64,000 nucleotides of DNA, from contig JAJDCA010000014.1 in NCBI GenBank assembly GCA_029261055.1, forward strand, positions 143,984-207,983. The letters are read 5' to 3'. The stretch comes from Candidatus Omnitrophota bacterium (lineage in GTDB: Bacteria > Omnitrophota > Gorgyraeia > Zapsychrales > Zapsychraceae). Shown here in pieces: positions 9,232-18,616 of the stretch. Position 1 is the stretch's first letter, and every line of letters begins with the position of its first letter. The position numbers and the translations under genes were made by a program. The notes below the pieces were generated by a model. That model did no database searches. It worked only from the letters and a program-made list of their open reading frames with translations, and had not been told where the DNA came from.

Positions 9232-10752
9232 ATGAAAAAGAGTGAAAAACATTTAGGCGTATTTTGGGGCCATAAATCTATCTATTTGGTCGAATCCTCT
9301 CAGGAAAACCCTCAGAAAATATTTTCTGTTCCTTTTTTCCAAGGTGATCAAGAGCCTATGGGGGCTGATATTTTGGGTGTGGCAGGCTCATCGTTTGCAG
9401 TTTTGATACAAGAGTCTTTACGTACGAATAAAATTTCGCCGTGCACTGTTAATTTATCTTTATCTACGAAGGATATTATTTTTCGTTCTTTTGTCATTCC
9501 ATGGATGTCATCCAGTGAAATTAGAGCCGTGGTGGAATTTGAGGGAAGCAAATATGTTCCGTTTGCTTTGGAAGAACTTTCCTATTCGTACCATGCCAGC
9601 ACATTTATAGACGATGGGACAAAACGCATACGGATTATTTTTGTCGCCATAAAAAAAGATACATTAGAGGAATACATAAAAGTGTTGGAACAGGCCTCTT
9701 TGGAGGTTGATCTTACCGAGCCCGCTTCTTTAAGTCTTATGCGCGCGTTAACACTCAAGAATTTAATTCCTCAAGATCAAACGGTAGCTATTTTAGAAAA
9801 AAGTGAAGTCGCGGGAAGAATTACTATCGTTGATCAAGGCGTTCCCCAATTTGTAAGAGAGGTTTTGTTAAAATCCAGTTCTTCGGATCTTGGGGAGGAA
9901 AATTCAGATGATCTTGCCTTCAATTTTCTTAAAGAAATACGAATATCTTTAGATTATTTTAACCGTCAGGATAAACACCTGGAAGTTAAAAAAATTATTT
10001 TAATCACAGAGAATCCCCCAGAAAGTTTATCCAAATATCTAGAAAGTGACCTTGCCATACCTGTTGTTGCATTTAGTGCACAATCTATTTTGGGGGATGA
10101 AAATTTTAGTGAAATAGACTTTCTTAATGCTTATGGCGTTGGGCTAAATGATGATGTGAATTCACAGGTGGCGTTTTCTCTTTCTCAAAAAAAAATAAAA
10201 CCGCTTAGCTTAGCCGATGTAAGTATTAAAAATATAGCTAACTTTAAAGTTTCGATCATCTCTGTGATTATTTTTATCTTAGTTATTGCCGGTGTTTTTA
10301 TTTTTTCTAACAAAGTCTTGGCAGAGCCTAAAAGCAAAATAGAGGGATTGAATCAAGAATTAGGAAGTTTTAAAGATTTTTCTACAGAAAGCTTAAAAAA
10401 ACAAAATCAAGAAATAAGTTTAAAATTAACGGGTTTTAAAAATGTTCAGATGAGAAATGAAGTGGCCTCTTTTTTAAAAATTATCCCAGGGTTGCTTCCG
10501 GAAGGGACATGGATTAAGGATTTTAATTTGGTTTTTCCTAAAACATCAGAAAAAAGGCTGGCCTTAAATTTTTCTGGATATGTTTATTCAGAAAATATTA
10601 ATGAGCAGTTTAGGGTGGTTAATAAATTATTGGAAAGCTTGAAAGCGAATAAAGGTTTTTCTGAATACTTTGAGAATATTGATCTTAAGAAAATGAATTC
10701 TGAAAGGCTACATAATCATGAGGTAACCTTTTTTAAGGTGCAATGCCAGTGA
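9232..10752 (+). CDS. pilM: PilM-like cytoplasmic actin-fold domain fused to a PilN-like TM and coiled-coil segment (GspL-like architecture)
   Basis: 506 aa: about 330 aa of soluble N-terminal domain, then a TM helix (VSIISVIIFILVIAGVFIF), then a coiled-coil and periplasmic region. It is the first gene of an M-O-P-Q-B-C-pilin cluster. Confidence 0.55.
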   Translation: MKKSEKHLGVFWGHKSIYLVESSQENPQKIFSVPFFQGDQEPMGADILGVAGSSFAVLIQESLRTNKISPCTVNLSLSTKDIIFRSFVIPWMSSSEIRAVVEFEGSKYVPFALEELSYSYHASTFIDDGTKRIRIIFVAIKKDTLEEYIKVLEQASLEVDLTEPASLSLMRALTLKNLIPQDQTVAILEKSEVAGRITIVDQGVPQFVREVLLKSSSSDLGEENSDDLAFNFLKEIRISLDYFNRQDKHLEVKKIILITENPPESLSKYLESDLAIPVVAFSAQSILGDENFSEIDFLNAYGVGLNDDVNSQVAFSLSQKKIKPLSLADVSIKNIANFKVSIISVIIFILVIAGVFIFSNKVLAEPKSKIEGLNQELGSFKDFSTESLKKQNQEISLKLTGFKNVQMRNEVASFLKIIPGLLPEGTWIKDFNLVFPKTSEKRLALNFSGYVYSENINEQFRVVNKLLESLKANKGFSEYFENIDLKKMNSERLHNHEVTFFKVQCQ

Positions 10753-10801
10753 CACTGCGTAACATAAAATATAAATATGTGAATCGAAGCATGAGAGTCT
10801 A

Positions 10802-11407
10802 ATGAATATTAAAGAACTAAGCCAATTTGACGTTAAAGATTTTAAAAATATTGATTTTGAAGAAATTAAGGAGCGTTTTCTTAGCCGGCCAGACTATGCT
10901 ATTGGCGGAACAATCCTTATTGTCGCATTATTTTTGACTTTAACAGTTTACAATAAATATAAATCAGAAAAGGCACATTTAAATCAGCAAATACCTCTTC
11001 TTATTGAAAAATTAGAGGTGGTTGAACATCATAAGAAAATTAAAAAAGAATATGAGGGCTTTGTAAATAGTTTTCCATCTTTTGTTGTTTACGATAAAAT
11101 TATCAATTTATTTTCTAAGATAGCGGCTAAGCACCGCGTTCAAATTACGTCATTTTCTCCAGCTAAACGCGAAGATAATGAATTCATCAGGATGACACAA
11201 GTAACAATGAATGTTACTACAAAAAATTACGATGATTTAGTAAGTTTTATGGAAGCTGTTGGAAATATTTCGGAGGCTCTTAGGCTTACCCATTGGTCTG
11301 GCGGGATGAGGACAGTACAGAGTACTCGCCGGAGGCAACAAACAACAGGTGAAAAAACTATCTGGGCAAATTTTTCAATCGAGGCTGTCCAATTAATTGA
11401 TGAATAA
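10802..11407 (+). CDS. pilO: PilO/GspM-like inner-membrane pilus assembly protein
   Basis: 201 aa with a single TM (AIGGTILIVALFLTLTVY) followed by a periplasmic domain. Position between pilM/N and pilP. Confidence 0.5.
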   Translation: MNIKELSQFDVKDFKNIDFEEIKERFLSRPDYAIGGTILIVALFLTLTVYNKYKSEKAHLNQQIPLLIEKLEVVEHHKKIKKEYEGFVNSFPSFVVYDKIINLFSKIAAKHRVQITSFSPAKREDNEFIRMTQVTMNVTTKNYDDLVSFMEAVGNISEALRLTHWSGGMRTVQSTRRRQQTTGEKTIWANFSIEAVQLIDE

Positions 11408-11822
11408 AATAATCTTTCAATTTTTGATTCTATGTGTGGTATTGTTTATTTCAACAGGGGATGTCCGTGCAGAGAAATATTTAAATCCGTTTAAATCAAG
11501 GTTGCCGGCAATCAAAATACTACCCAAAAAAGGGTTGGATACTACGTCTAGGCCTCATCAGAATGATTTTCGTCCTCAGGGACCTGATAATACTAAGAAT
11601 TTGATTCCGGTTCCACCACAACCGCAACCCGAACTGGAACCAAAGCTAATGCCGGAGCTAACGATTACAGGGCTCATTTGGAATTCGGATCGTCCGCAAG
11701 CGATTATTAATGCAGAAGTTGTAGGCATAGGAGATATTGTTTCAGAAGTGGAAATTATATCCATTAATAAAAAAGGTGTTGCTGTTTCTTTTGATGGCAG
11801 AACAATAACAATAAGTCCATAA
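11400..11822 (+). CDS. pilP: PilP-like periplasmic protein with a signal peptide
   Basis: Signal peptide MNKIIFQFLILCVVLFISTGDVRA, then a Pro-rich linker and a C-terminal beta domain (TITGLIWNSDRPQAIIN...). ATG chosen at 11400 in preference to the TTG at 11397 in the ORF track. Sits immediately upstream of the secretin gene. Confidence 0.45.
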   Translation: MNKIIFQFLILCVVLFISTGDVRAEKYLNPFKSRLPAIKILPKKGLDTTSRPHQNDFRPQGPDNTKNLIPVPPQPQPELEPKLMPELTITGLIWNSDRPQAIINAEVVGIGDIVSEVEIISINKKGVAVSFDGRTITISP

Positions 11823-11903
11823 ATGTTAGGGCTGTAAATTATTTGCAATTTTTTACACTTTTTTAGGTCATAAATTTGGCATTCTTGAAATGAAAAAGTC
11901 ATA

Positions 11904-13508
11904 ATGTGTGACCTAATAAAGTTTATCTGGAGGGATTTTATGAAAATAAAGAAAATGATAAAGCTTTTATTGCCTGCAATATTTTTATCTTTTTTAACCT
12001 TTTCAAATGCGTCTGCTTTGTATTTGGATGATCTGATTTATGAAGTAGATAATTCTAAAAAGATTTCCATGGATTTTAAAAATGCTTTATTAAATGATGT
12101 TTTAAAAATTTTTTCTCAACAGTCGGGATTAAATTTTATTGCGACTAATGATATTTCTGAAAAGACGGTTAATTTGTATCTTGATCAAGTCCCGGTTGAG
12201 GAGGCGTTAGAGCGTATTTTATCTGCAAATGATTTAACTTATGAGATAAAGGCTGGAAGCAATGTATTTGTTGTTAAGGCTTTAGACAAACCGGCCAAAC
12301 ACCTTATGACGCGTGTTTATCATTTAAAACATGCCACCGTCCCGTCTTCAAAATTAAATTCAACATTGTCAGGATTTGACAGTGGTGGTGGATCAGACTC
12401 AGGTGGTGGCGGAGAAGAAGGTGGGGAATCTGGTGGGGGGGAATCTGGTGGAGCTGAAGGAGAAAGTGGAGGTTCCTCCGGTGGATCTTCCGGAGGAGGT
12501 CTTGTCGATGCCGTTAGTGCCATTTTAACGGGAGACGGCAAGATTGTTGAGGACCCCAGGACAAACAGTTTAATTATTACAGATATTCCTTCGATGTTTC
12601 CGATGATTGAACAGACCATAGCTCGGTTAGATACCCGAAATCCTCAAATCCTTATTGAAGCAGAGATGTTGGATATTTCTAAGAATGCCACAGATGAATT
12701 AGGCGCTAAATTTGGGAAAGAGGCTGTAAATTTTCATGGAGCTTCTAAGCAATCGGTATTCCCTTTTGATAGTGGAAGTGTCCTTCGGTCACATGATTTT
12801 GCAACGCCCAAGTATACAGCCAGTAAAATATCTTTCGAAAATCTTAATTTTGTTGTAGAGTTTTTACGAAAGCAAACGGATACGAGAAATTTAGCCCGAC
12901 CGCGTATATTAACATTAAATAACGAAACAGCAGAAATTAATATTAAAACAGATGAGACCATAGGTGTGACGACTACAGCAGATTCTTCTGGTGATGGAAC
13001 CAGCTCTCTTGAGACTGTGGAAGCCGAACGTGCGGAAACAGGTGTTACTTTAAAAGTCACGCCTCAGGCGAATATTGAAACGAGGGAAATCATCATGGCT
13101 ATTGAGCCAAAGGTTATTCAGGCTAGAGCAGTATCAAGTGAATTTGAAGTATTTGGGGCTTTTAAAGATCCTGAAGAGCGCGGAGCCAAGGCTATACTAC
13201 GTGTCAGGGATGGAGATACTATTGTTATCGGAGGTTTGTTACGAACCGATATTAATCAAACAAAAACAAAAGTTCCTCTCGTAAGTAGAGTCCCTATTTT
13301 GGGGATGGCTTTTCGGCATAAAAATAAGACAGAAATACAACGTGAGTTGATTATTTTTATCACACCGCATATTCTTGATGAGGCAGTTGCTTTGCATTCT
13401 CAATCTTCTGACAGTTTTCAGAAGATTGTTCGTGAGCAGGATATTCCAAATAAAAAACTTGATCAAATAAACAAAGATTTGTCGTATATTGAAAAAAATA
13501 GATATTAA
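11904..13508 (+). CDS. pilQ: Type IV pilus/T2SS secretin (PilQ/GspD family)
   Basis: 534 aa with a signal peptide, N-domains and a Gly/Ser-rich linker. The C-terminal secretin domain reads RVRDGDTIVIGGLL...VPLVSRVPILGMAFRHKNK...ELIIFITPHIL. Confidence 0.85.
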   Translation: MCDLIKFIWRDFMKIKKMIKLLLPAIFLSFLTFSNASALYLDDLIYEVDNSKKISMDFKNALLNDVLKIFSQQSGLNFIATNDISEKTVNLYLDQVPVEEALERILSANDLTYEIKAGSNVFVVKALDKPAKHLMTRVYHLKHATVPSSKLNSTLSGFDSGGGSDSGGGGEEGGESGGGESGGAEGESGGSSGGSSGGGLVDAVSAILTGDGKIVEDPRTNSLIITDIPSMFPMIEQTIARLDTRNPQILIEAEMLDISKNATDELGAKFGKEAVNFHGASKQSVFPFDSGSVLRSHDFATPKYTASKISFENLNFVVEFLRKQTDTRNLARPRILTLNNETAEINIKTDETIGVTTTADSSGDGTSSLETVEAERAETGVTLKVTPQANIETREIIMAIEPKVIQARAVSSEFEVFGAFKDPEERGAKAILRVRDGDTIVIGGLLRTDINQTKTKVPLVSRVPILGMAFRHKNKTEIQRELIIFITPHILDEAVALHSQSSDSFQKIVREQDIPNKKLDQINKDLSYIEKNRY

Positions 13509-13556
13509 TAGGAATTACGTAATAATAATTTTTACGCAATTCTCTAAGGAGCAAAA

Positions 13557-15299
13557 ATGGCACATTTAAAATTAGGCGAGATTTTAATTAAGCAAGGACT
13601 CATAACCGAAAATCAGCTTGAAGAGGCCATAGAGATCCAGAAAAAAGATAAAGGGCGTATTGGGGAAATTTTAATTAAGCAGGGGATTATCAGTGAAGAA
13701 AATATGAATGCAGCTTTAGGGACACAGTTAGGGATGCCATATTACACTTCGGATAAACCTGAACTGCTCACGCCTCAACCAGATCAAGGTTTAGAAAAAA
13801 TTGTTCCACCGGATTTTGCCACAAAGAATGGAATTTTACCTTTATCTAAGCAATTGAATTCTTTAACGTGTGCCGTTGTCGATCCATTAGATCTTCTTAT
13901 GTTGGATAATTTAAAAATAATTACAGGTTGTGAAATTAACCCTGTCATTGCTACACGCTCAGCTATTCAAGAAGCAACCAGGGATTTTTACTTTTCAAAA
14001 TCGTCAGATTCAGGAATGCCGACAATGCTGGATAGGGCTGTTGAGAGATCGCATTCAGAAAAAAAGACGGCGGAAATTCTTACACCGCAAAGAAAAACTC
14101 AGGCTACTGCAGAGCTTAGCTTAGATAAGCTTATTGCCCAGGCAGGCGAAGCGCCTGTTATTAAGCTGGTTGATTTAATCATCCGTCAGGCTATTGATGA
14201 AGGGGCTAGTGATATTCATATTGAACCTTTTGAAGATAAAATTTTCTTGCGGTACAGGATTGATGGGCATCTTTACAATATTCCTCCGCCAGCAGCGCAT
14301 TTGCATTTACCTATTGTGTCACGAATAAAAATTTTAGCCAAACTCGATATTGCAGAAAAACGCCTTCCACAAGATGGGGCTATTACGGCTAAATTGGAGG
14401 AGCGATTGGTTGACCTCCGTGTTTCTACGATTCCCACAGTTTGGGGTGAAAAAGTGGTTATGCGTATTTTAGACAAGGGAGCTGTGCCGTTAGAATTAAC
14501 CGGTTTAGGGTTTGACCAAAAACAAATAGATATATTGCGCAAGTCATTGAGTGCACCGTATGGATTGTTTTTTGTCACAGGACCGACAGGGAGTGGGAAA
14601 TCAACTTCTTTGTATGCGGCTGTTAATGAAACGATTGATCCTCGGAAAAATATTATTACGGTAGAGGATCCTGTTGAATATAAAATTGAAGGGATTAATC
14701 AGGTAAATGTTAAGCCAGACATTGGGTTAACCTTTGCAACGGCGCTTAAGGCGTTTTTGCGTCAGGATCCGGATGTTATTATGGTTGGGGAAACGCGAGA
14801 CTTGGAAACAGCTTCTATTTGTGTGCGAGCAGCTTTGACAGGACATTTTGTTTTGAGTACCTTGCATACGAATGATGCAGCCTCAGCCATATCGCGCCTT
14901 ATTGATATTGGCGTCCCTAATTATTTATTAACCCCGTCTTTAGTGATGATTATGGCTCAGCGTTTGGTTCGCAAACTTTGTCCGGAATGCAAGGAGGCTT
15001 ATGAGCCTACAGAAGAACAGCATGGAGGGATTAAATTTAAGAGTGACTTAGTCTATCGTGCCAAGGGATGCGACAAATGTAAACAATCTGGATACAAGGG
15101 AAGACTTGTTGTTGCAGAAGTTCTTTTGGTCAATGATGACATCCGGACATTAATATCGCAAGAAGCAACGTCAGGAGCTATTAAAGATGCCGCCAGGAAA
15201 AATGGGATGGTGACAATTTTTGAATCAGCGCTTAAGTTGGTTGAAAAAGGTATCAGCAGTTATGAAGAGGCCTGTCGTGTTAGTGTTGATGGACAATAA
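13557..15299 (+). CDS. pilB: Type IV pilus assembly ATPase PilB/GspE with an N-terminal MshEN-type c-di-GMP-binding domain
   Basis: Walker A GPTGSGKST, Asp box, His box and a C-terminal tetra-Cys motif (CPECK...CDKCKQSGY). The N-terminus carries two tandem 24-aa motifs, KLGEILIKQGLITENQLEEAIEIQ and RIGEILIKQGIISEENMNAALGTQ. Confidence 0.9.
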   Translation: MAHLKLGEILIKQGLITENQLEEAIEIQKKDKGRIGEILIKQGIISEENMNAALGTQLGMPYYTSDKPELLTPQPDQGLEKIVPPDFATKNGILPLSKQLNSLTCAVVDPLDLLMLDNLKIITGCEINPVIATRSAIQEATRDFYFSKSSDSGMPTMLDRAVERSHSEKKTAEILTPQRKTQATAELSLDKLIAQAGEAPVIKLVDLIIRQAIDEGASDIHIEPFEDKIFLRYRIDGHLYNIPPPAAHLHLPIVSRIKILAKLDIAEKRLPQDGAITAKLEERLVDLRVSTIPTVWGEKVVMRILDKGAVPLELTGLGFDQKQIDILRKSLSAPYGLFFVTGPTGSGKSTSLYAAVNETIDPRKNIITVEDPVEYKIEGINQVNVKPDIGLTFATALKAFLRQDPDVIMVGETRDLETASICVRAALTGHFVLSTLHTNDAASAISRLIDIGVPNYLLTPSLVMIMAQRLVRKLCPECKEAYEPTEEQHGGIKFKSDLVYRAKGCDKCKQSGYKGRLVVAEVLLVNDDIRTLISQEATSGAIKDAARKNGMVTIFESALKLVEKGISSYEEACRVSVDGQ

Positions 15300-15325
15300 G
15301 CTAGTACTTAAAAAGGGAACAAAAA

Positions 15326-16558
15326 ATGCCGAAATTTTCTTTTGTAGTTAAGGATCAAGAGGGGAAAGCTTACAAAAATATTGTCGAAGCTGGGAGTCAG
15401 GCTGAACTCGTTGATAAACTTCAGAAACAAGGCTATTTTATTGTTAATATTAAAGAGCATGGTATATCAGCAAGGCCGCAAAAACCAGTTCAGGCAAATG
15501 TTAAAAAGAAATTTGGTCATACGAAAGTTAAGTTAGAGGATTTGTTAACTTTTTCCCGTCAGATGGCGACTATGCTTGAATCTGGGGTTACATTAAGCCG
15601 CAGTTTAGGCGTTATTAAAGCTCAAGTTGAAAGTCAGAAATTATATAACGTTTTAAATGAGGTGCATGCAAGTATTGAGGAGGGGGGATCATTAAGTCAG
15701 GCCTTGGGAAAACATCCTACAGTTTTTAACCAATTTTGGGTTAGTCTCATAGAAGTCGGTGAAGCTTCAGGAACCATTCCGAGTGTATTAGGAAAATTGG
15801 CTTTTTATATGGAGCAGCAGGCAGCATTTAAATCTACAGTTATTTCTGCTATTATTTATCCCGCTATTTTGTTTGCTGTTTCTATGGGGGCTATCAGTTT
15901 TTTTGCTCTTTTTGTTGGCCCAAAATTTGAAGAAATTTTTATTTCTATGAAAACCGAGCTACCTATAGTTACAAAGGTTTTATTGGGACTCTTTAGATTC
16001 TTAAGGTCAAATTTATTGGTGATTACTGGGGTGGTTATTGGGTTTGTTATGGCGTTAAAGTTTTATATACGGACATATCGCGGAAGGCTTCTTTTTGAGA
16101 AACTTGTATTTCGTTTGCCTGCAATAGGGGAAGTGTATAAACAAATTATTGTTGAGAGGTTTGCTTCTCAAATGTCTCTTTTGATTGATGCGGGGGTGCC
16201 TATTCTTTATGCGTTAGATATTGCGGAAAGACTAGTAGATAATAATGTTTGTGCTCTTATTATTAATAATGTGAAAGAAAAGGTCCGGGAAGGTGAGCTT
16301 CTCATGGCCCCGATGGAGCGGAGTGGATTTTTTCCTCCTATGTGTGTCCAGATGATTATGGTGGGGGAAGAAACAGGAGAATTGAGTAAAATGTTTAAGC
16401 ATGTAGCTGCATACTATCAAGATACCGTTTCGACATTTATGAAGCGTTTTGCCACCATTATTGAACCGCTTATGCTGGTTTTTATGGGGGCCATAATCGG
16501 AACTATTGTTGTAGCTATGTTTATGCCAATGTTCAATCTTTCTCAGATAGGAGGGTAA
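15326..16558 (+). CDS. pilC: Type IV pilus inner-membrane platform protein PilC/GspF
   Basis: 410 aa with two GspF repeats and three TM segments; conserved motifs LESGVTLSRSL and MIMVGEETGEL. Confidence 0.9.
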   Translation: MPKFSFVVKDQEGKAYKNIVEAGSQAELVDKLQKQGYFIVNIKEHGISARPQKPVQANVKKKFGHTKVKLEDLLTFSRQMATMLESGVTLSRSLGVIKAQVESQKLYNVLNEVHASIEEGGSLSQALGKHPTVFNQFWVSLIEVGEASGTIPSVLGKLAFYMEQQAAFKSTVISAIIYPAILFAVSMGAISFFALFVGPKFEEIFISMKTELPIVTKVLLGLFRFLRSNLLVITGVVIGFVMALKFYIRTYRGRLLFEKLVFRLPAIGEVYKQIIVERFASQMSLLIDAGVPILYALDIAERLVDNNVCALIINNVKEKVREGELLMAPMERSGFFPPMCVQMIMVGEETGELSKMFKHVAAYYQDTVSTFMKRFATIIEPLMLVFMGAIIGTIVVAMFMPMFNLSQIGG

Positions 16559-16577
16559 TAAAGTTTAGAAATTAATT

Positions 16578-16606
16578 TTGACATCGCAATATGCATATGG
16601 CATACT
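16578..16606 (+). promoter_or_regulatory. Candidate sigma70-type promoter in the 292-bp leader of the major pilin gene
   Basis: TTGACA (16578-16583), a 17-nt spacer, then CATACT (a 4/6 match to the -10 consensus). Confidence 0.3.
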
Positions 16607-16850
16607 TCAAGTAGAGTAATAAGGGATAAACAAAGGTAAACTACCTGTGAGGGTGGGGCACAAAACTATAGGGTCCCAAGATTAGTGTTGGGATAGCCAA
16701 GTTGCTACCGATAAGTATCGGTGTGAATCATGTGGACCTATTCTACGAAAGAGGTGGAATAGGTTTATTTTTTGGAAGGGAAGAAAAAGAGGACGTGAAA
16801 AGTAATAAAAACACAAATAAACATAAACACAAATTAGGAGGGAAGTAACA

Positions 16851-17279
16851 ATGGAATTGAGAAAATTAAAATCTAAAAAAAGTGGTTTTACATTACTGGA
16901 AATCATCGTGGTTATTATCATTGTTGGTGTTTTAGCTAGTTTAGCTTTACCGCGATTATTTAATACCATTGAACGAGCTCGATCGACAGAAGCATTTACA
17001 TCAATAGGCGTAATTCGTAAATCAGTTGAAAGATGTCTCTATCAAAATAATGCCGCTTTCTGTGGGAATATGACTAATTTAGATCTTCCTGATCCAGGGG
17101 CAATCCCAGGGGCGCATTTTACGTACACTATTGCTAATGTAGCTTTGCCGAACACTGTGACAGTAAAAGCTACACGTCTTGCTAATGTGGATGGTGGTGT
17201 TGCCACAGATTGGATTCAGCTTAAGGTGGATGGTACGGGTATTTTTCGAACCAGTACAACAATTTATGGTGTAAGATAA
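16851..17279 (+). CDS. pilA: Type IV major pilin (class III prepilin signal)
   Basis: Leader MELRKLKSKKSG, cleavage between G and F in GFTLLEIIVVIIIVGVLASLALP with Glu at +5. 142 aa with a C-terminal Cys pair. Confidence 0.85.
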   Translation: MELRKLKSKKSGFTLLEIIVVIIIVGVLASLALPRLFNTIERARSTEAFTSIGVIRKSVERCLYQNNAAFCGNMTNLDLPDPGAIPGAHFTYTIANVALPNTVTVKATRLANVDGGVATDWIQLKVDGTGIFRTSTTIYGVR

Positions 17280-17295
17280 AAAAGGTAAGGGGTCG

Positions 17296-17778
17296 GTGGA
17301 CTATCCATCGATCCCTTATATAAATTTTATGACAAATAATAAATTAAAGATTTCGAAAAAAGGATTCACCTTGGGAGAATTAATGGTGGTGGTGGTGATT
17401 GTGGGCGTCCTTGTGTCCATCGCCGTACCACAATATGGTGCAGCCATTGAAAGGATGAGGGCAGCTGAGGGGATTCAGATTCTAACCTCCTATTTACACG
17501 CTCAAGAGAGTTTTCGGCTAAGAAATGGTGGGACTTATGCCACAAACCTTCAAATTAATCAATTAGATATAATTTTGCCAACAGGTGCTGGAAGCTATTT
17601 TAATGCGCCTACTATCGCTAGTGCTAATCCAATTGTTAGTATTGCACGAAATGGTACTCAAAATCCGACTCCAAATTATGCGCTTACGATTAGTTCAACA
17701 GGGATTGTTTCCTGTAACGATGGAGGTGCAATGACCACTTGTACAAGATTGGGCTGTTCTGCAGGTGTCTGTAATTAA
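17296..17778 (+). CDS. Type IV pilin paralog
   Basis: KKGFTLGELMVVVVIVGVLVSIAVPQY prepilin N-terminus with a 22-aa leader if translation starts at 17296 (RBS aagggg 6 nt upstream). An alternative ATG at 17329 gives a shorter leader. C-terminal disulfide loop CTRLGCSAGVC. Confidence 0.8.
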   Translation: MDYPSIPYINFMTNNKLKISKKGFTLGELMVVVVIVGVLVSIAVPQYGAAIERMRAAEGIQILTSYLHAQESFRLRNGGTYATNLQINQLDIILPTGAGSYFNAPTIASANPIVSIARNGTQNPTPNYALTISSTGIVSCNDGGAMTTCTRLGCSAGVCN

Positions 17779-17808
17779 GCTAAAAATATTGAAGGGAATG
17801 TTAAGATT

Positions 17809-18246
17809 ATGATAATAAATTTTGTGAAAAGAAAGAAAGCCTTTACAATTACAGAACTTATGGTTTCAGTCATCATTATTGGGGTTATTGCTGGATTTGC
17901 GATACCTGATTATTTACGGTCAGTGCGGCGTGCTCATCAACAAGATATGTCTATGCAGCTCACGGCCTTGCATGCAGCGAGTATGATTTATCAATCTCAG
18001 AATGGAACATTTCTTGTAGAGACTAGTTTGCCATTAAATGGAACACCATCTATTAATAACGATTTGGGCATTAATATTATTTCTACAGATGGGACAAATT
18101 ATTCGTACACAAGTGATGGAACTAATTTTACAGCCACAGCAATTTGGAATTTTTCAACTGGCCCAGTAACTTTTCAAGTAGACCAAAGACCTATTTCAAC
18201 AACATCTGTTCCTCCGAATCCTCAATGTACGACAAACTGTTTATAG
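17809..18246 (+). CDS. Type IV pilin-like protein (Ala at -1 of the cleavage site)
   Basis: KKAFTITELMVSVIIIGVIAGFAIPDY: a hydrophobic N-terminal helix with Glu at +5. C-terminal CTTNC pair. Confidence 0.7.
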   Translation: MIINFVKRKKAFTITELMVSVIIIGVIAGFAIPDYLRSVRRAHQQDMSMQLTALHAASMIYQSQNGTFLVETSLPLNGTPSINNDLGINIISTDGTNYSYTSDGTNFTATAIWNFSTGPVTFQVDQRPISTTSVPPNPQCTTNCL

Positions 18247-18271
18247 TGATTTTTGAAGGAAGAAAGAAAAT

Positions 18272-18616
18272 ATGTTAAAAAATTTAAAAAAAGATGGGTT
18301 TTCATCCTTTGTAGAAATTATGATTTCAGCCGTTGTTTTTGCTATTGCTGCGGTTGGAATGTTTTCTATGGTTTCCAAACTCAAACCAAAGGGAGATGCT
18401 TCTGCTAAAAAATTAGAGGCCATGTATGCCGCTAAGAGCATCCTTGATGAGCTTCGTGGAAGCGTGGATGCCCGTACATGGTTAACAGGACCAAATGATT
18501 TATTGCCGGGTGGCGGTGTTCATTCAAAAACAAGAGGTGACGTTACAGTCGAGTATACTGTTACAGATGTTCCCGGTTCAGACCTTCGTCAGGTGAGTAT
18601 GAATGTGATATGGTAA
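18272..18616 (+). CDS. Minor pseudopilin-like protein
   Basis: KKDGFSSFVEIMISAVVFAIAAVG: a prepilin-like N-terminus (G-F, with Glu displaced to +6). 114 aa. Confidence 0.5.
   Translation: MLKNLKKDGFSSFVEIMISAVVFAIAAVGMFSMVSKLKPKGDASAKKLEAMYAAKSILDELRGSVDARTWLTGPNDLLPGGGVHSKTRGDVTVEYTVTDVPGSDLRQVSMNVIW

Noticed and set aside
12320-12619. Minus-strand 99-aa ORF encoding a Pro-rich peptide (PPPEDPPEEPP...)
   Set aside because: It is exactly antisense to the Gly/Ser-rich linker of pilQ, so it is a low-complexity mirror artefact, not a gene.
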